DNA of 32,000 nucleotides from Pyrodictium abyssi (GTDB taxonomy: Archaea; Thermoproteota; Thermoprotei_A; Sulfolobales; Pyrodictiaceae), in assembly GCF_036323395.1 (NCBI RefSeq), contig NZ_AP028907.1:210001-242000 (forward strand), written 5' to 3'. Position numbers and translations under genes: made by a program. Position 1 is the first letter of the stretch, and every line of letters starts with the position of its first letter. This document shows positions 8,996 to 17,782 of this stretch, one piece after another. Under the pieces are notes generated by a model, which was given only the letters and a program-made list of their open reading frames with translations, was not told the DNA's origin and did no database searches.

Positions 8996-9637
8996 CTACC
9001 GGCGCTTAGCCACGGCCATCGCTATTACTAGTAGGCCGACAGCTGCTAGGTAGAATGCTAGGCCTACGGGTAGCCCTGTCTGCACAAGTGGCCCGGCCTC
9101 CTTGGACGGGTTAGGTATTGGTACTTCTGGAAGCTTCTGGTAGGTTACTGTCGGCTTCGGCTTTACAGGAGGCTGCGCGGGTAGCGGCTGCGCTGGCTTA
9201 GACGTCGTAGTTGTGGTAGTTGCCGCCACTGTTGTGGTAGTCTGGGCTTCCTCTGCCGGCTTTTCAGCTGCCTGTCCACTGGATGCTCCCTTAGCCTCAT
9301 TGAACACGGACTCGAAGTAAGCCTTGAGCTCCGGCGTCATGCCTGGCATCATGCTCATTAGCTGGTCCCAGGTCTTAGCGTTATTGAACATCTTGAAGTT
9401 CGGCGCCTCTGCTGCGACGGCTTCATCGAGGCTCGCGTACTTAGATGCCCACTCCTTGATAGCTGCAACAGTGCCCTCGAAGTCCGGCGCCATTGCCCCA
9501 TTATGGCAGCTTGCACACTTGGCCTGGAACTCTTGCTTCGCCTCTTCTGTGGATAGAGCGGCTGCAGCTATTGACAGTATGCCTACCGCTACTAGCGCTG
9601 AGAGCACTACTACTGCTAACGATACACCCGTTCTCAT
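8996..9637 (-). CDS. Membrane-anchored monohaem c-type cytochrome with Thr/Pro-rich stalk
   Basis: 213 aa. It has an N-terminal signal or TM segment, a single CASCH haem motif, and a Met-rich segment (MSMMPGM) as a candidate axial ligand. A TTTTVAATTTTTTSKPAQPLPAQPPVKPKP linker precedes a C-terminal TM helix and a KRR tail. A GAGGTG ribosome-binding site lies about 8 nt upstream of ATG 9637. Confidence 0.85.
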   Translation of the reverse strand: MRTGVSLAVVVLSALVAVGILSIAAAALSTEEAKQEFQAKCASCHNGAMAPDFEGTVAAIKEWASKYASLDEAVAAEAPNFKMFNNAKTWDQLMSMMPGMTPELKAYFESVFNEAKGASSGQAAEKPAEEAQTTTTVAATTTTTTSKPAQPLPAQPPVKPKPTVTYQKLPEVPIPNPSKEAGPLVQTGLPVGLAFYLAAVGLLVIAMAVAKRR

Positions 9638-9791
9638 TTCATATCCACCTCGGGTTCACACGTTATGCGTGAAACTCGTGGGCAGTACTATTCGGCAGCT
9701 CGAAGCGCCCATTAGTGCAAGCGACACACATTGTACAGAGTACGTGACGTGCATGGTACGCGTACAAAAACCGTGGAGGGGCTAAGTGAGG

Positions 9792-11051
9792 TTAGTGTTT
9801 TGCTCCACTGCCGCTGAAGTAGTGCGTCATTACGGCTTTGAGGGCTGGCCTGGCTAGTAGCAGATATACTAGGACGCCTATCGCGTGGACGCCTATTGTT
9901 ATGCCTATCTCTATGGCTGTCGGGTAGTAGGGCTTTACCTCGCCGAGTGTGCTCGGTATGAAGCCTGGTATGATTATTGTCATTGTCTTCTCGGCCACGA
10001 CTGCTATTATCGTCAGTATTGATACGAAGATTATCCCCCTCTTCGTGTTGTGGACACGCGGCACTATGCCTAGTATGACTGCGGCTATGCCCAGGCCTAT
10101 CCATAGCCACATCAGCTTGGCTAGGTATGGCAGGTGGTAGCCCAGGAACAGCGTCTGTGCCTGCGCCTTCTTTGCCGGTTCTGTTGTGTACCAGAATATC
10201 TCGTGTACCTCGCTGAGCGTGAAGTACAGGCCTACTACCAGTGAGCCCACGATCACGTAGAGCGTCTTCCTGTATACACTGAAGTCTACCTTGAAGCCCT
10301 TGATGTAGCGCTCTGCCAGGTATAGGGCTAGCAGCAGTATCGCCGGGCCGCTGGCGAACGCTGTAGCAACGTAGCGGGGCGCGAGTAGCGGGCTATTCCA
10401 TATCGGCCTCGCTGTCAGCGCCTGGGAAATGAATGCCGTCACAGTGTGTATGCCTATGGCGAAGGGCGCTGCTATGGTTATGAACGGTACTATGAACTTC
10501 CTGGGTATTGGCTTGTCCTGGCGGTAGTAGTGCACTGTCACTAGCATGCCTATCAGGTTTAGCGCTAGGTAACCAGTCAGCACTATGAAGTCCCAGTCGA
10601 GCATCGAGCGCAGATTTGGCAGCTGCGGCATCAGCACTAGCGCGCGGAGCGGCCTACCTATGTCAACCACTATTAGTAGTAGCACAGTTACTATAGCTGC
10701 TACCGCTTGCACCTCGCCAAGCACCGCTACCTTCTTGAACTCCTTGTCGCCGAACACGTAGGCTGCTATACCGAACACTATTCCTGCTGCCGCTACTCCG
10801 ACCCAGAATACGAAGAACGATATGTAGATGCCCCATGGCACGCTATCGTTCAGCGCTGTAAGTATTAGACCACCCTCCTCGGCGCCTAGGAATATTGGCG
10901 CATGTTGCACGAATATCCAGAGGTACATGCCGTAGAGCGCTATTATCAGTAGGCCTAGCGCCGCTAGGTAGTAGCGGGGGCCACCAGTCAGCAGCGCCTC
11001 CTTTATCACGAACTTTATAGTGTCTATGAAGCTGCTACCCTGGCTGCTCAT
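9792..11051 (-). CDS. NrfD/PsrC-family integral membrane quinone-interacting subunit
   Basis: 419 aa and polytopic. The N-terminal block ...LTALNDSVPWGIYISFFVFWVGVAAAG matches the NrfD-family signature. The gene lies directly downstream of the Tat-FeS subunit. Confidence 0.85.
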   Translation of the reverse strand: MSSQGSSFIDTIKFVIKEALLTGGPRYYLAALGLLIIALYGMYLWIFVQHAPIFLGAEEGGLILTALNDSVPWGIYISFFVFWVGVAAAGIVFGIAAYVFGDKEFKKVAVLGEVQAVAAIVTVLLLIVVDIGRPLRALVLMPQLPNLRSMLDWDFIVLTGYLALNLIGMLVTVHYYRQDKPIPRKFIVPFITIAAPFAIGIHTVTAFISQALTARPIWNSPLLAPRYVATAFASGPAILLLALYLAERYIKGFKVDFSVYRKTLYVIVGSLVVGLYFTLSEVHEIFWYTTEPAKKAQAQTLFLGYHLPYLAKLMWLWIGLGIAAVILGIVPRVHNTKRGIIFVSILTIIAVVAEKTMTIIIPGFIPSTLGEVKPYYPTAIEIGITIGVHAIGVLVYLLLARPALKAVMTHYFSGSGAKH

Positions 11052-11067
11052 CTAGGCTCACCCCTCG

Positions 11068-12099
11068 TTACTCCTTAGCCTCTGCACCTGGCTCGCGGGG
11101 AGGAGTACGCTTAGGGCCAAAGAAGTAGAAGAACCTAGGCCTGGTGCCCGCCTCGGGCTTGAGCACGAACGCGCCATACTCCTCTATCACACGGCGTATC
11201 GGGCTGTCTGGGTCGTTGAGGTCACCGAATACCCTGGCGCCTACAGGGCATACCTCGACACACGCCGGCACGCCCCCGTCGCGGGTACGCTGTATACACC
11301 AGGTACACTTCTCCACGACGTGCACCTGCCTCGGCACGTTGCCTAGTATGTGCATGTTGGGGTTGAGCTCTGTCACCGGGACGTAGGGCTTAGCCCAGTT
11401 GAAGCGACGCGCACCATAGGGGCATGCTGTCATACAGTAGCGGCAGCCTATGCAGCGGTCGTAGTCCACAACCACTATGCCGTCGGGCTCCTTCCAGGTG
11501 GCCCTTACCGGGCACACCATGGTGCACGGCGGGTCCTCACAGTGCATACACGCTACCGGCACGTAGACCATGTTAGGCTTCGGCGCCTCCGTGTAATCCA
11601 TGTTGGCGTAGATTACCTCCATCTCCTCTCTGGGCATTTCTAGTACCTTTATCCACTCTATGCCTAGGTTTCTGCCCTGGTTGTTCTCCATTACACACGC
11701 GTAGGCGCAGCGGCGGCAGCCGATACACTTGTTCACATCCAGGGCCATCGCGAAGCGTACGCCCTCGCGCGGCCCAGTACCCTTGACCTTTATCATGGCG
11801 CAGCGCTTACGGGCCTCCCTGCACGCGTCAGAGTCCTCTCCCATAGAGCTACAAATCTTGTCGGCTTCCGCCCGGCACCACTCTTTCAGCCTGGCTTCTC
11901 TCTCCCGGGCCCTCCTCTCAAGAGGGCTTCCCGCCTCAGCAGCCTCAGCTATAAAGTCACTTAGGTTTACTGGTACCAGCATCTTCTTGAGCTCGTCCCG
12001 GCTGACCGCCACGAAGGATACAGCGGAGGTGCTAGCTGCCACTGCAGCAGCCTTAAGGAAGTCTCTCCTAGACTTATCCACTTGTCCAGTCATTTTCAT
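11068..12099 (-). CDS. Tat-exported 4x[4Fe-4S] ferredoxin subunit (NrfC/PsrB/ActB-like)
   Basis: It has a twin-arginine signal (MKMTGQVDKSRRDFLKAAAVAAS). There are four cluster motifs: CIGCRRCAYAC, CMHCEDPPCTMVCP, CIGCRYCMTACP and CTWC...CVEVCP. An extra ~95-aa insert after the signal carries 4 Cys. The track start at GTG 12120 overlaps the upstream gene. ATG 12099 fits a normal Tat n-region and is preceded by GGGTGGTGG. Confidence 0.9.
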   Translation of the reverse strand: MKMTGQVDKSRRDFLKAAAVAASTSAVSFVAVSRDELKKMLVPVNLSDFIAEAAEAGSPLERRAREREARLKEWCRAEADKICSSMGEDSDACREARKRCAMIKVKGTGPREGVRFAMALDVNKCIGCRRCAYACVMENNQGRNLGIEWIKVLEMPREEMEVIYANMDYTEAPKPNMVYVPVACMHCEDPPCTMVCPVRATWKEPDGIVVVDYDRCIGCRYCMTACPYGARRFNWAKPYVPVTELNPNMHILGNVPRQVHVVEKCTWCIQRTRDGGVPACVEVCPVGARVFGDLNDPDSPIRRVIEEYGAFVLKPEAGTRPRFFYFFGPKRTPPREPGAEAKE

Positions 12100-12112
12100 C
12101 CACCACCCGAGG

Positions 12113-12805
12113 TTACTCACGAGAATAGCCTAGAGGGAGGACAAAGGCCCCTATGACTAGGGCTAGGCCACCGATAACAACCGCAAGGGTTCCATAGGCG
12201 ATACTACTCTCATCCGGCGGTGCCGGTCTCTCAGAGGGTGTAGGCAGTATGCTTGCTGGCGGCATTGTTGGATCGTGAGGATTATGGCACTCTACACAAG
12301 CCCTAGCGGGTATAGTCTTAAGGTTCTTGTACTCGGGGCATATGTGGAAGGCATACCCTACACCCTTGTAACCTATCACCCGTGTCACATTGCCGCCTTG
12401 GCAGACATACGTCTTGTTACCGTGCACTAGGTAGTTGTAGTCCTTCACTTCACGAGGATGGCATACTTCGCACACCTTGTTTGTCTCCTTGAGCTTCTCA
12501 GTGTCGTGTAGACCGGGTATGTAGACCTTAGCGCCGTTCACCAGGTCTATCATAGTCGGCGGGGCGTGGCAGTTGGAGCAGAAGAGGCCGCGGTGTGCAC
12601 CCTTTGTTAGGTCTATGCCGTGGAAGGGTACCGCCTTGCGGTCGCCGGTGAGCTGCATTGCCTGGTGGCAGCTCGTACATGGGTAGAATGGGTATGGCTG
12701 CGACTGTTCCTGTGCACTGGCCTTCACGGACACAAGCGCCGGTATTGCCATCACGGCGAGAGCTACGGCTATGGTAGCCCAGGCTATGCGGGTATTCTTG
12801 CGCAT
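12113..12805 (-). CDS. Tetrahaem c-type cytochrome, C-terminally membrane anchored
   Basis: There are four CxxCH motifs (CTSCH, CSNCH, CEVCH, CVECH). It also has an N-terminal signal or TM segment, a Pro-rich linker (PTMPPASILPTPSERPAPPDE) and a C-terminal TM helix. ATG 12805 is preceded by GGAGGTG. Confidence 0.9.
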   Translation of the reverse strand: MRKNTRIAWATIAVALAVMAIPALVSVKASAQEQSQPYPFYPCTSCHQAMQLTGDRKAVPFHGIDLTKGAHRGLFCSNCHAPPTMIDLVNGAKVYIPGLHDTEKLKETNKVCEVCHPREVKDYNYLVHGNKTYVCQGGNVTRVIGYKGVGYAFHICPEYKNLKTIPARACVECHNPHDPTMPPASILPTPSERPAPPDESSIAYGTLAVVIGGLALVIGAFVLPLGYSRE

Positions 12806-12814
12806 GCTGGGCAC

Positions 12815-13029
12815 CTCCGAGCCACTAATTGTCCATTATTCTATGTTTCGCTAACACTACACTATTTACCATGATTGAGGTACTGCTAGTGCTTAGTTTA
12901 GAATTAAGTATTAGCCCGAAAAGTTCCCCTTTGATCTGCATTATCGCTAGTTTACTATGAGTACCGCCCCCGGATAAAATAGCCATAAAATAGAAACAGT
13001 TATTGGTTCGCTGACTAGGTTCTGCTCCT
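12815..13029 (-). promoter_or_regulatory. About 215-nt A+T-rich spacer between ccmE and the tetrahaem cytochrome gene (terminator/promoter/leader region)
   Basis: This stretch is markedly more A+T-rich than its flanks. On the minus strand it contains ctgtttctattttatggctattttatcc, which could supply T-tracts and TATA-like boxes. It also has ggtaaatag about 60 nt upstream of ATG 12805. No credible ORF is present. Confidence 0.3.
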
Positions 13030-13578
13030 TTAGCCTTCAAGCCTGCCTGCTGGAGCCTGGTAGCTCTCATGACAGCCTTCGAGTATCTTAGATACCATTA
13101 ACACGGGATAGGGGCCCCCAACCTTGCTCCCGCTAGCCGGGTCTATTATTGCAGCCGGGAGCCCGGGCTCGTACTCACCCTCCACGACTACCCTGCTAGA
13201 GACGCTAGGACTGCCACCGTAGAGGCTCTTGAACTCACTAGCACTGTAGAGCGCCACTACACGTGTGCTGCCATCCTTCCCCTCTAGTATGAACACAGCA
13301 TAGCTGTCATCACTCCCGAGCGGGGGTCCTCCGATACGCTCGGCTATAGCGTATGAGCCGAAGCCTCTTAGCGAGAACACTGTGTCTCCTACCTTTAGCA
13401 CATAGTTGCCGCTGAGGCTGACTGGGGTACCCTTCACCGTTACGTAGGCCTTATAGCCTAGGTTCTTCAGGCTAGAGACATCCTTGTAGTCTGACGATTT
13501 TATGCCTATGAAGCCTATGGCAAGCAGCGCTGCGAAAAGCACACCAGCCAATACGATAGATTTACTAGGTTTAGCCAT
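13030..13578 (-). CDS. ccmE: CcmE haem chaperone, variant Cys-type (CxxxY)
   Basis: It has an N-terminal TM anchor, a beta-rich extracytoplasmic domain, and a C-terminal ...KILEGCHESYQAP. TGT CAT GAG AGC TAC was verified on the reverse strand at 13060-13074. This puts Cys at the position of the haem-binding His in the bacterial HxxxY motif. The likely start is ATG 13578 (MAKPSK); the track starts at TTG 13590. Confidence 0.8.
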   Translation of the reverse strand: MAKPSKSIVLAGVLFAALLAIGFIGIKSSDYKDVSSLKNLGYKAYVTVKGTPVSLSGNYVLKVGDTVFSLRGFGSYAIAERIGGPPLGSDDSYAVFILEGKDGSTRVVALYSASEFKSLYGGSPSVSSRVVVEGEYEPGLPAAIIDPASGSKVGGPYPVLMVSKILEGCHESYQAPAGRLEG

Positions 13579-13625
13579 GCTAGACCCCAATGCTTGGTAC
13601 TAGCTCTAGGCTACCTATATGTGTC

Positions 13626-14657
13626 TTAGCTCGGAGACCTACGGACCTTAGATATATACAGCATCAGCGCACCTAGTAGCGCCAGATACTCTGCAGCGTT
13701 AAGGGCTACGCTCCAGTGTATAACAATCTCCACGCTACCATTCACAAGCCTTACAAGATGCCCTATAATGGCTGGCTTGCCCTCCACAATCTGCGCCTGG
13801 AGAGGACTGCCTAGCTCTACATAGCCGCTCTTAGACAGCATCAGCGCAGCTACAGCACCGTCCACAACCTTAGCGTCTACGACGCGTTCAACACCGCCGC
13901 TCAGATAGGGCGATGCTACAGCGAGCCCCACCACCACACCTAGAGCTACGAAGGCTGCACCAGCATACCGCAGCAGCCTGGCGTAGGGCAGTTCTACGCC
14001 CTCGTAGCGCTTTGCGGCAATATAGGCTAGCAGGAGCGCTATAGCCGAGGCCACTAGTATACGCGTGACGAATATCTTTACTACCTCCGGCTGGCCCATG
14101 AAGTTCCCGAACTGCTGCATAGTCGGGTGGAGGCTTGAAGCTGCTAGCCGCGGCGCTAGGAAGCTTAGCGGCACCATAGAGTACGCTGCTACAGCATAGG
14201 CCGCGCTCAGCCTACTCGCCCTGTCGGGGTCCGGTATGCTCGACCGCAGTACGAAGTATAGGAGGTACGCCAGGAGAAGGAGGAGCACACCTGTTTCACG
14301 CGGGTCCCAGGACCAAGCCGCGCCCCAGGATTCGCTAGCCCACGCCATGCCGCTCGTGAGGGTGAACACCGCGTAGGCTGTAGCAGTCGTTATGAATGCC
14401 CTTATGTAGGCGTCGAGCCTCTCGCTCCCCTTTACCAGGTAGAGTATCGCAGTTATGAACGCCAGCGTGTATAGGAGGTAGCTGCCCCAGGCCATCGGTA
14501 TATGGATGTATATGTTCAGGTAGGCTGTAGGCGATCCCAGGCTTACACGCAGCGGGTACGGCGCCTTGTATACAGCATAGACTACGAGCGCTGCGTCAAG
14601 AGCGGCCAGCGCGAGGAGTGGTAGGACAGCTATCTTCCCCAGGCCGCGCGTACCCAT
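13626..14657 (-). CDS. ccmC: CcmC (haem delivery to CcmE) with a ~120-aa C-terminal extension
   Basis: The WWD motif WGAAWSWDPRETG was verified at 14304-14327. Flanking His residues are present (IYIHIP and SLHPTM) within a six-helix core. Residues ~221-343 add two further TM helices bracketing a ~65-aa soluble segment. Confidence 0.9.
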   Translation of the reverse strand: MGTRGLGKIAVLPLLALAALDAALVVYAVYKAPYPLRVSLGSPTAYLNIYIHIPMAWGSYLLYTLAFITAILYLVKGSERLDAYIRAFITTATAYAVFTLTSGMAWASESWGAAWSWDPRETGVLLLLLAYLLYFVLRSSIPDPDRASRLSAAYAVAAYSMVPLSFLAPRLAASSLHPTMQQFGNFMGQPEVVKIFVTRILVASAIALLLAYIAAKRYEGVELPYARLLRYAGAAFVALGVVVGLAVASPYLSGGVERVVDAKVVDGAVAALMLSKSGYVELGSPLQAQIVEGKPAIIGHLVRLVNGSVEIVIHWSVALNAAEYLALLGALMLYISKVRRSPS

Positions 14658-14732
14658 TAACCAGCTCCACCGGGCATGTCTTGGAGCAAAAAGGTATTAA
14701 TAGTCTAGCCCGATAGATTCATAGAAAAGCAT

Positions 14733-17700
14733 CTACTCCTTGTTGCCATGCTTCGCTGCTACTAGTCTAGCCGCCGCAGCGTATACTGCTGCAAGGGCCA
14801 TGATTATTGGGCCTATCCACACCAGCCTTACCCCGGGTATTATCTTGACCTGGACGTGTAGGCCTTCTAGGGCTATAGTGGAGTTAGCCTGGCTAAAGTT
14901 CTCTGCCAGCAGGTAGAGGTCGACCAGAGTGGCTTCTAGCTGCTGCCTCTCCTCAACGTCTACTACGCCATCGTTAAAGACGTCAATGTTGTAGCCTGCG
15001 GCCATTAGCGCGGCTAATGCTAGACGTTTCTTGGGCGGCAGGTGCTTGAAGGCCTCGTGGAGGTAGTATACTAGTAGCTCGTGGTATGCTACCCTACCGC
15101 CTAGGTGGCCTTCCACTACCGGCGGGCTAACTACTACATAGATTTCGTCGAGGCCTAGCCCGATTGGTATTACCTTTGATACTAGGCCGTGTATACCCTG
15201 TATCTCTCCGTAGGCCTCGAAGCGTATCCTAACGTTTACTGTCTTAGAAGCGTCGCCGTTGTCTACACGCAGCTTCACATCTAGCCACGCTGTCTCGGGC
15301 ACCAGCCGTGGAGCGTCTACGTAGCCTATACAGCCATGCGGGTCCCCCAGACACTTCGGCGACTTTGTTATCGAGTCGATCGCAGTAGTGTCCACCAGTA
15401 GCTTGTACAGCGTAGAGTTCTCTATCATGTTTAGTATTCTCTGCGCGGTCGGGTCTAGCGTAGACACTATGTAGGCTGTTACTGCCTGAGGCAGCTGTGA
15501 GGGCGTGTCTACTCTGCCTGCCTCCGGTGTCTCGACGTAGCCATAGATGTAGAGGGCCGCATTGCTGCCGGTTATCCTGTTACCGGTGGCCAGCAGTGGG
15601 CTGCCCTGGCCTGCCAGCAGGAGTGCCTCGGGCAGTATCCCGGCGCGCTCAACCACCACCCTGGTGTCTCCTAGGCTTAGCTCTAGTGGCTGGTCGAACT
15701 CTGCTTCTATGTACTGGTGGAATCCTATCTTATCCTGGTCTAGTGGCACCCTGTCTGGAAGCACTAGCGTGAGGTTGTCAGCCATTATGAGCAGGTTTAC
15801 GCTTATTATGCCGGTGTTGGGGTCCATGTTCAGGTCTAGTCTTAGAGACGCGTTTTCTAGCAGTATTTTGGCCGGCTCGTCCTTGGCTAGCGTTATCGTG
15901 GCGTTTGTCTCTAGATCGTACAGAGTCACCGTAGCGTTAGCATCGACTGCTATGCTTGTGTTGAGGCTTATTGGGCTCTTCTTGGCAGTATCTAGCAGCC
16001 ATCTTATGGTCAGGTTGTTATTGAATATCTCTCTGCCCTGGTTGTAGAGCTTTATGAACTCCACCAAATCTGTCTTGACGTAGTTTAGTAGGCTCCATGC
16101 GAGCATGTATGTTGTGCTCCGGCCCACGTAGTTAGTGTGGATGTCTACTGTCGAGTTACTTATCCCGTAGCTGAAGTCCTCGAGTACTAGCTTAGCGCCT
16201 CCTGGCAGGCTTATTGCCTCGCCGGGCTTCAGCTGGTAGTACCAAGTGTACTTGTCGTTAAACGCGTATGTGCCGCTTAGGAGCACGCCTAGCACCGTAA
16301 CTGCCATGCCGAAGTGTAGTAGCGATACGCCGGTGAGCCTGTCAGCCAGAAGCCGCTGGGCGCGGCTCCTGCGCAACCGGTAGGCTATGTAGGCTATGGC
16401 TGACGCTGCGGCTATCACGGCCCATGGTATGCCGAAGGCCATCATCGCGTTGGTCTCCGGCGGGCTGAGTGGTGCTAGTAGGTAGACTCCCTTGTAGGCT
16501 GCTAGCCCGAATATAGTGGAGACTAGTGCCGCTGAGACTAGCAGCGCAGCGTAGCCTCTCCATCCTATCCTGTCACCTATGAACGCTAGCGGTATCGCCG
16601 CCAGCATAGCTACTAGTAGCGGGTATAGCACGGGGTGGAAGTAGCGTACACCACTCTGCATCTGCGGCACTGTAGCCTCGTGTCCTGTAGCGGCGAGGAG
16701 CGAGGGTAGGAAGAGAGTACCGTACACGAACACAGCGGATACGAATAGAGCCACTCCAGCCGCTAGGAGGCCTACAGCATAGGGCCTACGGCTTCTCAGC
16801 GTCCTACCAGCCTCGGAGGCTATGGCCTCGCTTCTCCGGGCCAGCATATAGACGCCATACGCAGCTGACGCTACCCCGACGGTGAGGAGTATGAGAGCAC
16901 CTATGCCGGGCGCTGCGAAGCTGTGTAGCGGGCTAAGGCCCGTCCTCGTCACGTACATGGCCATGAACACTGAGCTGAGTAGCCATGCCGAGTTGAACGC
17001 AGACATGCTGGGCACTGTCACCAGGAAGTGCGGCAACACAGTAGCCACCAGCCACACCATTAGCTCGCTTGTCTCGACGGGGTCCCAGGCCCAGTAGCCG
17101 CCCCAGCCGAAGGTCTCGTAGCTCCAGTACCCGCCCAGCATTATGCCGAGAGTCAGGAGGGCCCAGCCAAGCTCGTAGACGACAAGGCTCCTGCGCTTCT
17201 CGCCCGTAAGCATAGCCGCTGCCGCTACCGCGAGTAGCGCGTAGCCGCCGAAGGTGCTGAGGGGGTGCGGGTAGAGCCACGGGCTCTTCAGCAGCGGGTT
17301 AAGCCCCGCACCACTAGCAGGGCGCTCACGCATCGCCGTGAACGCGTCGTTTAGGAACGCTGCCGCCAGCGCCGCTAGGACTATGCCGCCGAGTATAGCC
17401 TGGAAGGAGCGGCTCCGGTGCACGCGTAGCAGGTAGAGGCCGGCCGCCGAGGCTATCACCGTGAAGAGGTAGAGACTACCACCGCCGCCGGCCCACGCCG
17501 ACGCTATCCTCATCCAGAGGGGGAGCCCGGGGCTAGTATTCCAGAACGCCTCCTTCAAGCTGTAGTCGAGGGTGACGAATGGTATCACGTAGATAGGCCA
17601 GCCTGCCACGGCTAGTGCGAGGCCGTAGCGTAGTAGCTCTCTTCTGCTCTTCCCCATCAGCGCGGAGGCTACACCAGCTGCTACCAGGATGCCAGCGGCG

Positions 17701-17744
17701 AACGGGACTATACCAGTGTAGTGTAGAGGTACGGCCAAGCCCAT
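14733..17744 (-). CDS. ccmF: CcmF haem lyase, unusually long at 1003 aa
   Basis: The WWD motif WGGYWAWDPVETSE was verified at 17082-17105. The blocks NPLLKSPWLYPHP and TRTGLSPLHSFA are present, along with many TM helices up to ~aa 495. A ~470-aa soluble region follows, and a final TM helix (VWIGPIIMALAAVYAAAA) closes the protein. Confidence 0.9.
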   Translation of the reverse strand: MGLAVPLHYTGIVPFAAGILVAAGVASALMGKSRRELLRYGLALAVAGWPIYVIPFVTLDYSLKEAFWNTSPGLPLWMRIASAWAGGGGSLYLFTVIASAAGLYLLRVHRSRSFQAILGGIVLAALAAAFLNDAFTAMRERPASGAGLNPLLKSPWLYPHPLSTFGGYALLAVAAAAMLTGEKRRSLVVYELGWALLTLGIMLGGYWSYETFGWGGYWAWDPVETSELMVWLVATVLPHFLVTVPSMSAFNSAWLLSSVFMAMYVTRTGLSPLHSFAAPGIGALILLTVGVASAAYGVYMLARRSEAIASEAGRTLRSRRPYAVGLLAAGVALFVSAVFVYGTLFLPSLLAATGHEATVPQMQSGVRYFHPVLYPLLVAMLAAIPLAFIGDRIGWRGYAALLVSAALVSTIFGLAAYKGVYLLAPLSPPETNAMMAFGIPWAVIAAASAIAYIAYRLRRSRAQRLLADRLTGVSLLHFGMAVTVLGVLLSGTYAFNDKYTWYYQLKPGEAISLPGGAKLVLEDFSYGISNSTVDIHTNYVGRSTTYMLAWSLLNYVKTDLVEFIKLYNQGREIFNNNLTIRWLLDTAKKSPISLNTSIAVDANATVTLYDLETNATITLAKDEPAKILLENASLRLDLNMDPNTGIISVNLLIMADNLTLVLPDRVPLDQDKIGFHQYIEAEFDQPLELSLGDTRVVVERAGILPEALLLAGQGSPLLATGNRITGSNAALYIYGYVETPEAGRVDTPSQLPQAVTAYIVSTLDPTAQRILNMIENSTLYKLLVDTTAIDSITKSPKCLGDPHGCIGYVDAPRLVPETAWLDVKLRVDNGDASKTVNVRIRFEAYGEIQGIHGLVSKVIPIGLGLDEIYVVVSPPVVEGHLGGRVAYHELLVYYLHEAFKHLPPKKRLALAALMAAGYNIDVFNDGVVDVEERQQLEATLVDLYLLAENFSQANSTIALEGLHVQVKIIPGVRLVWIGPIIMALAAVYAAAARLVAAKHGNKE

Positions 17745-17782
17745 TCGACCTCCTATCCAGAGCGTAGATGGGACATGCGTGC

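Noticed and set aside
12825-13070. 81-aa minus-strand ORF spanning the A+T-rich spacer
   Set aside because: It overlaps the 3' end of ccmE in another frame and consists of low-complexity sequence from A+T-rich DNA. No start context is present.
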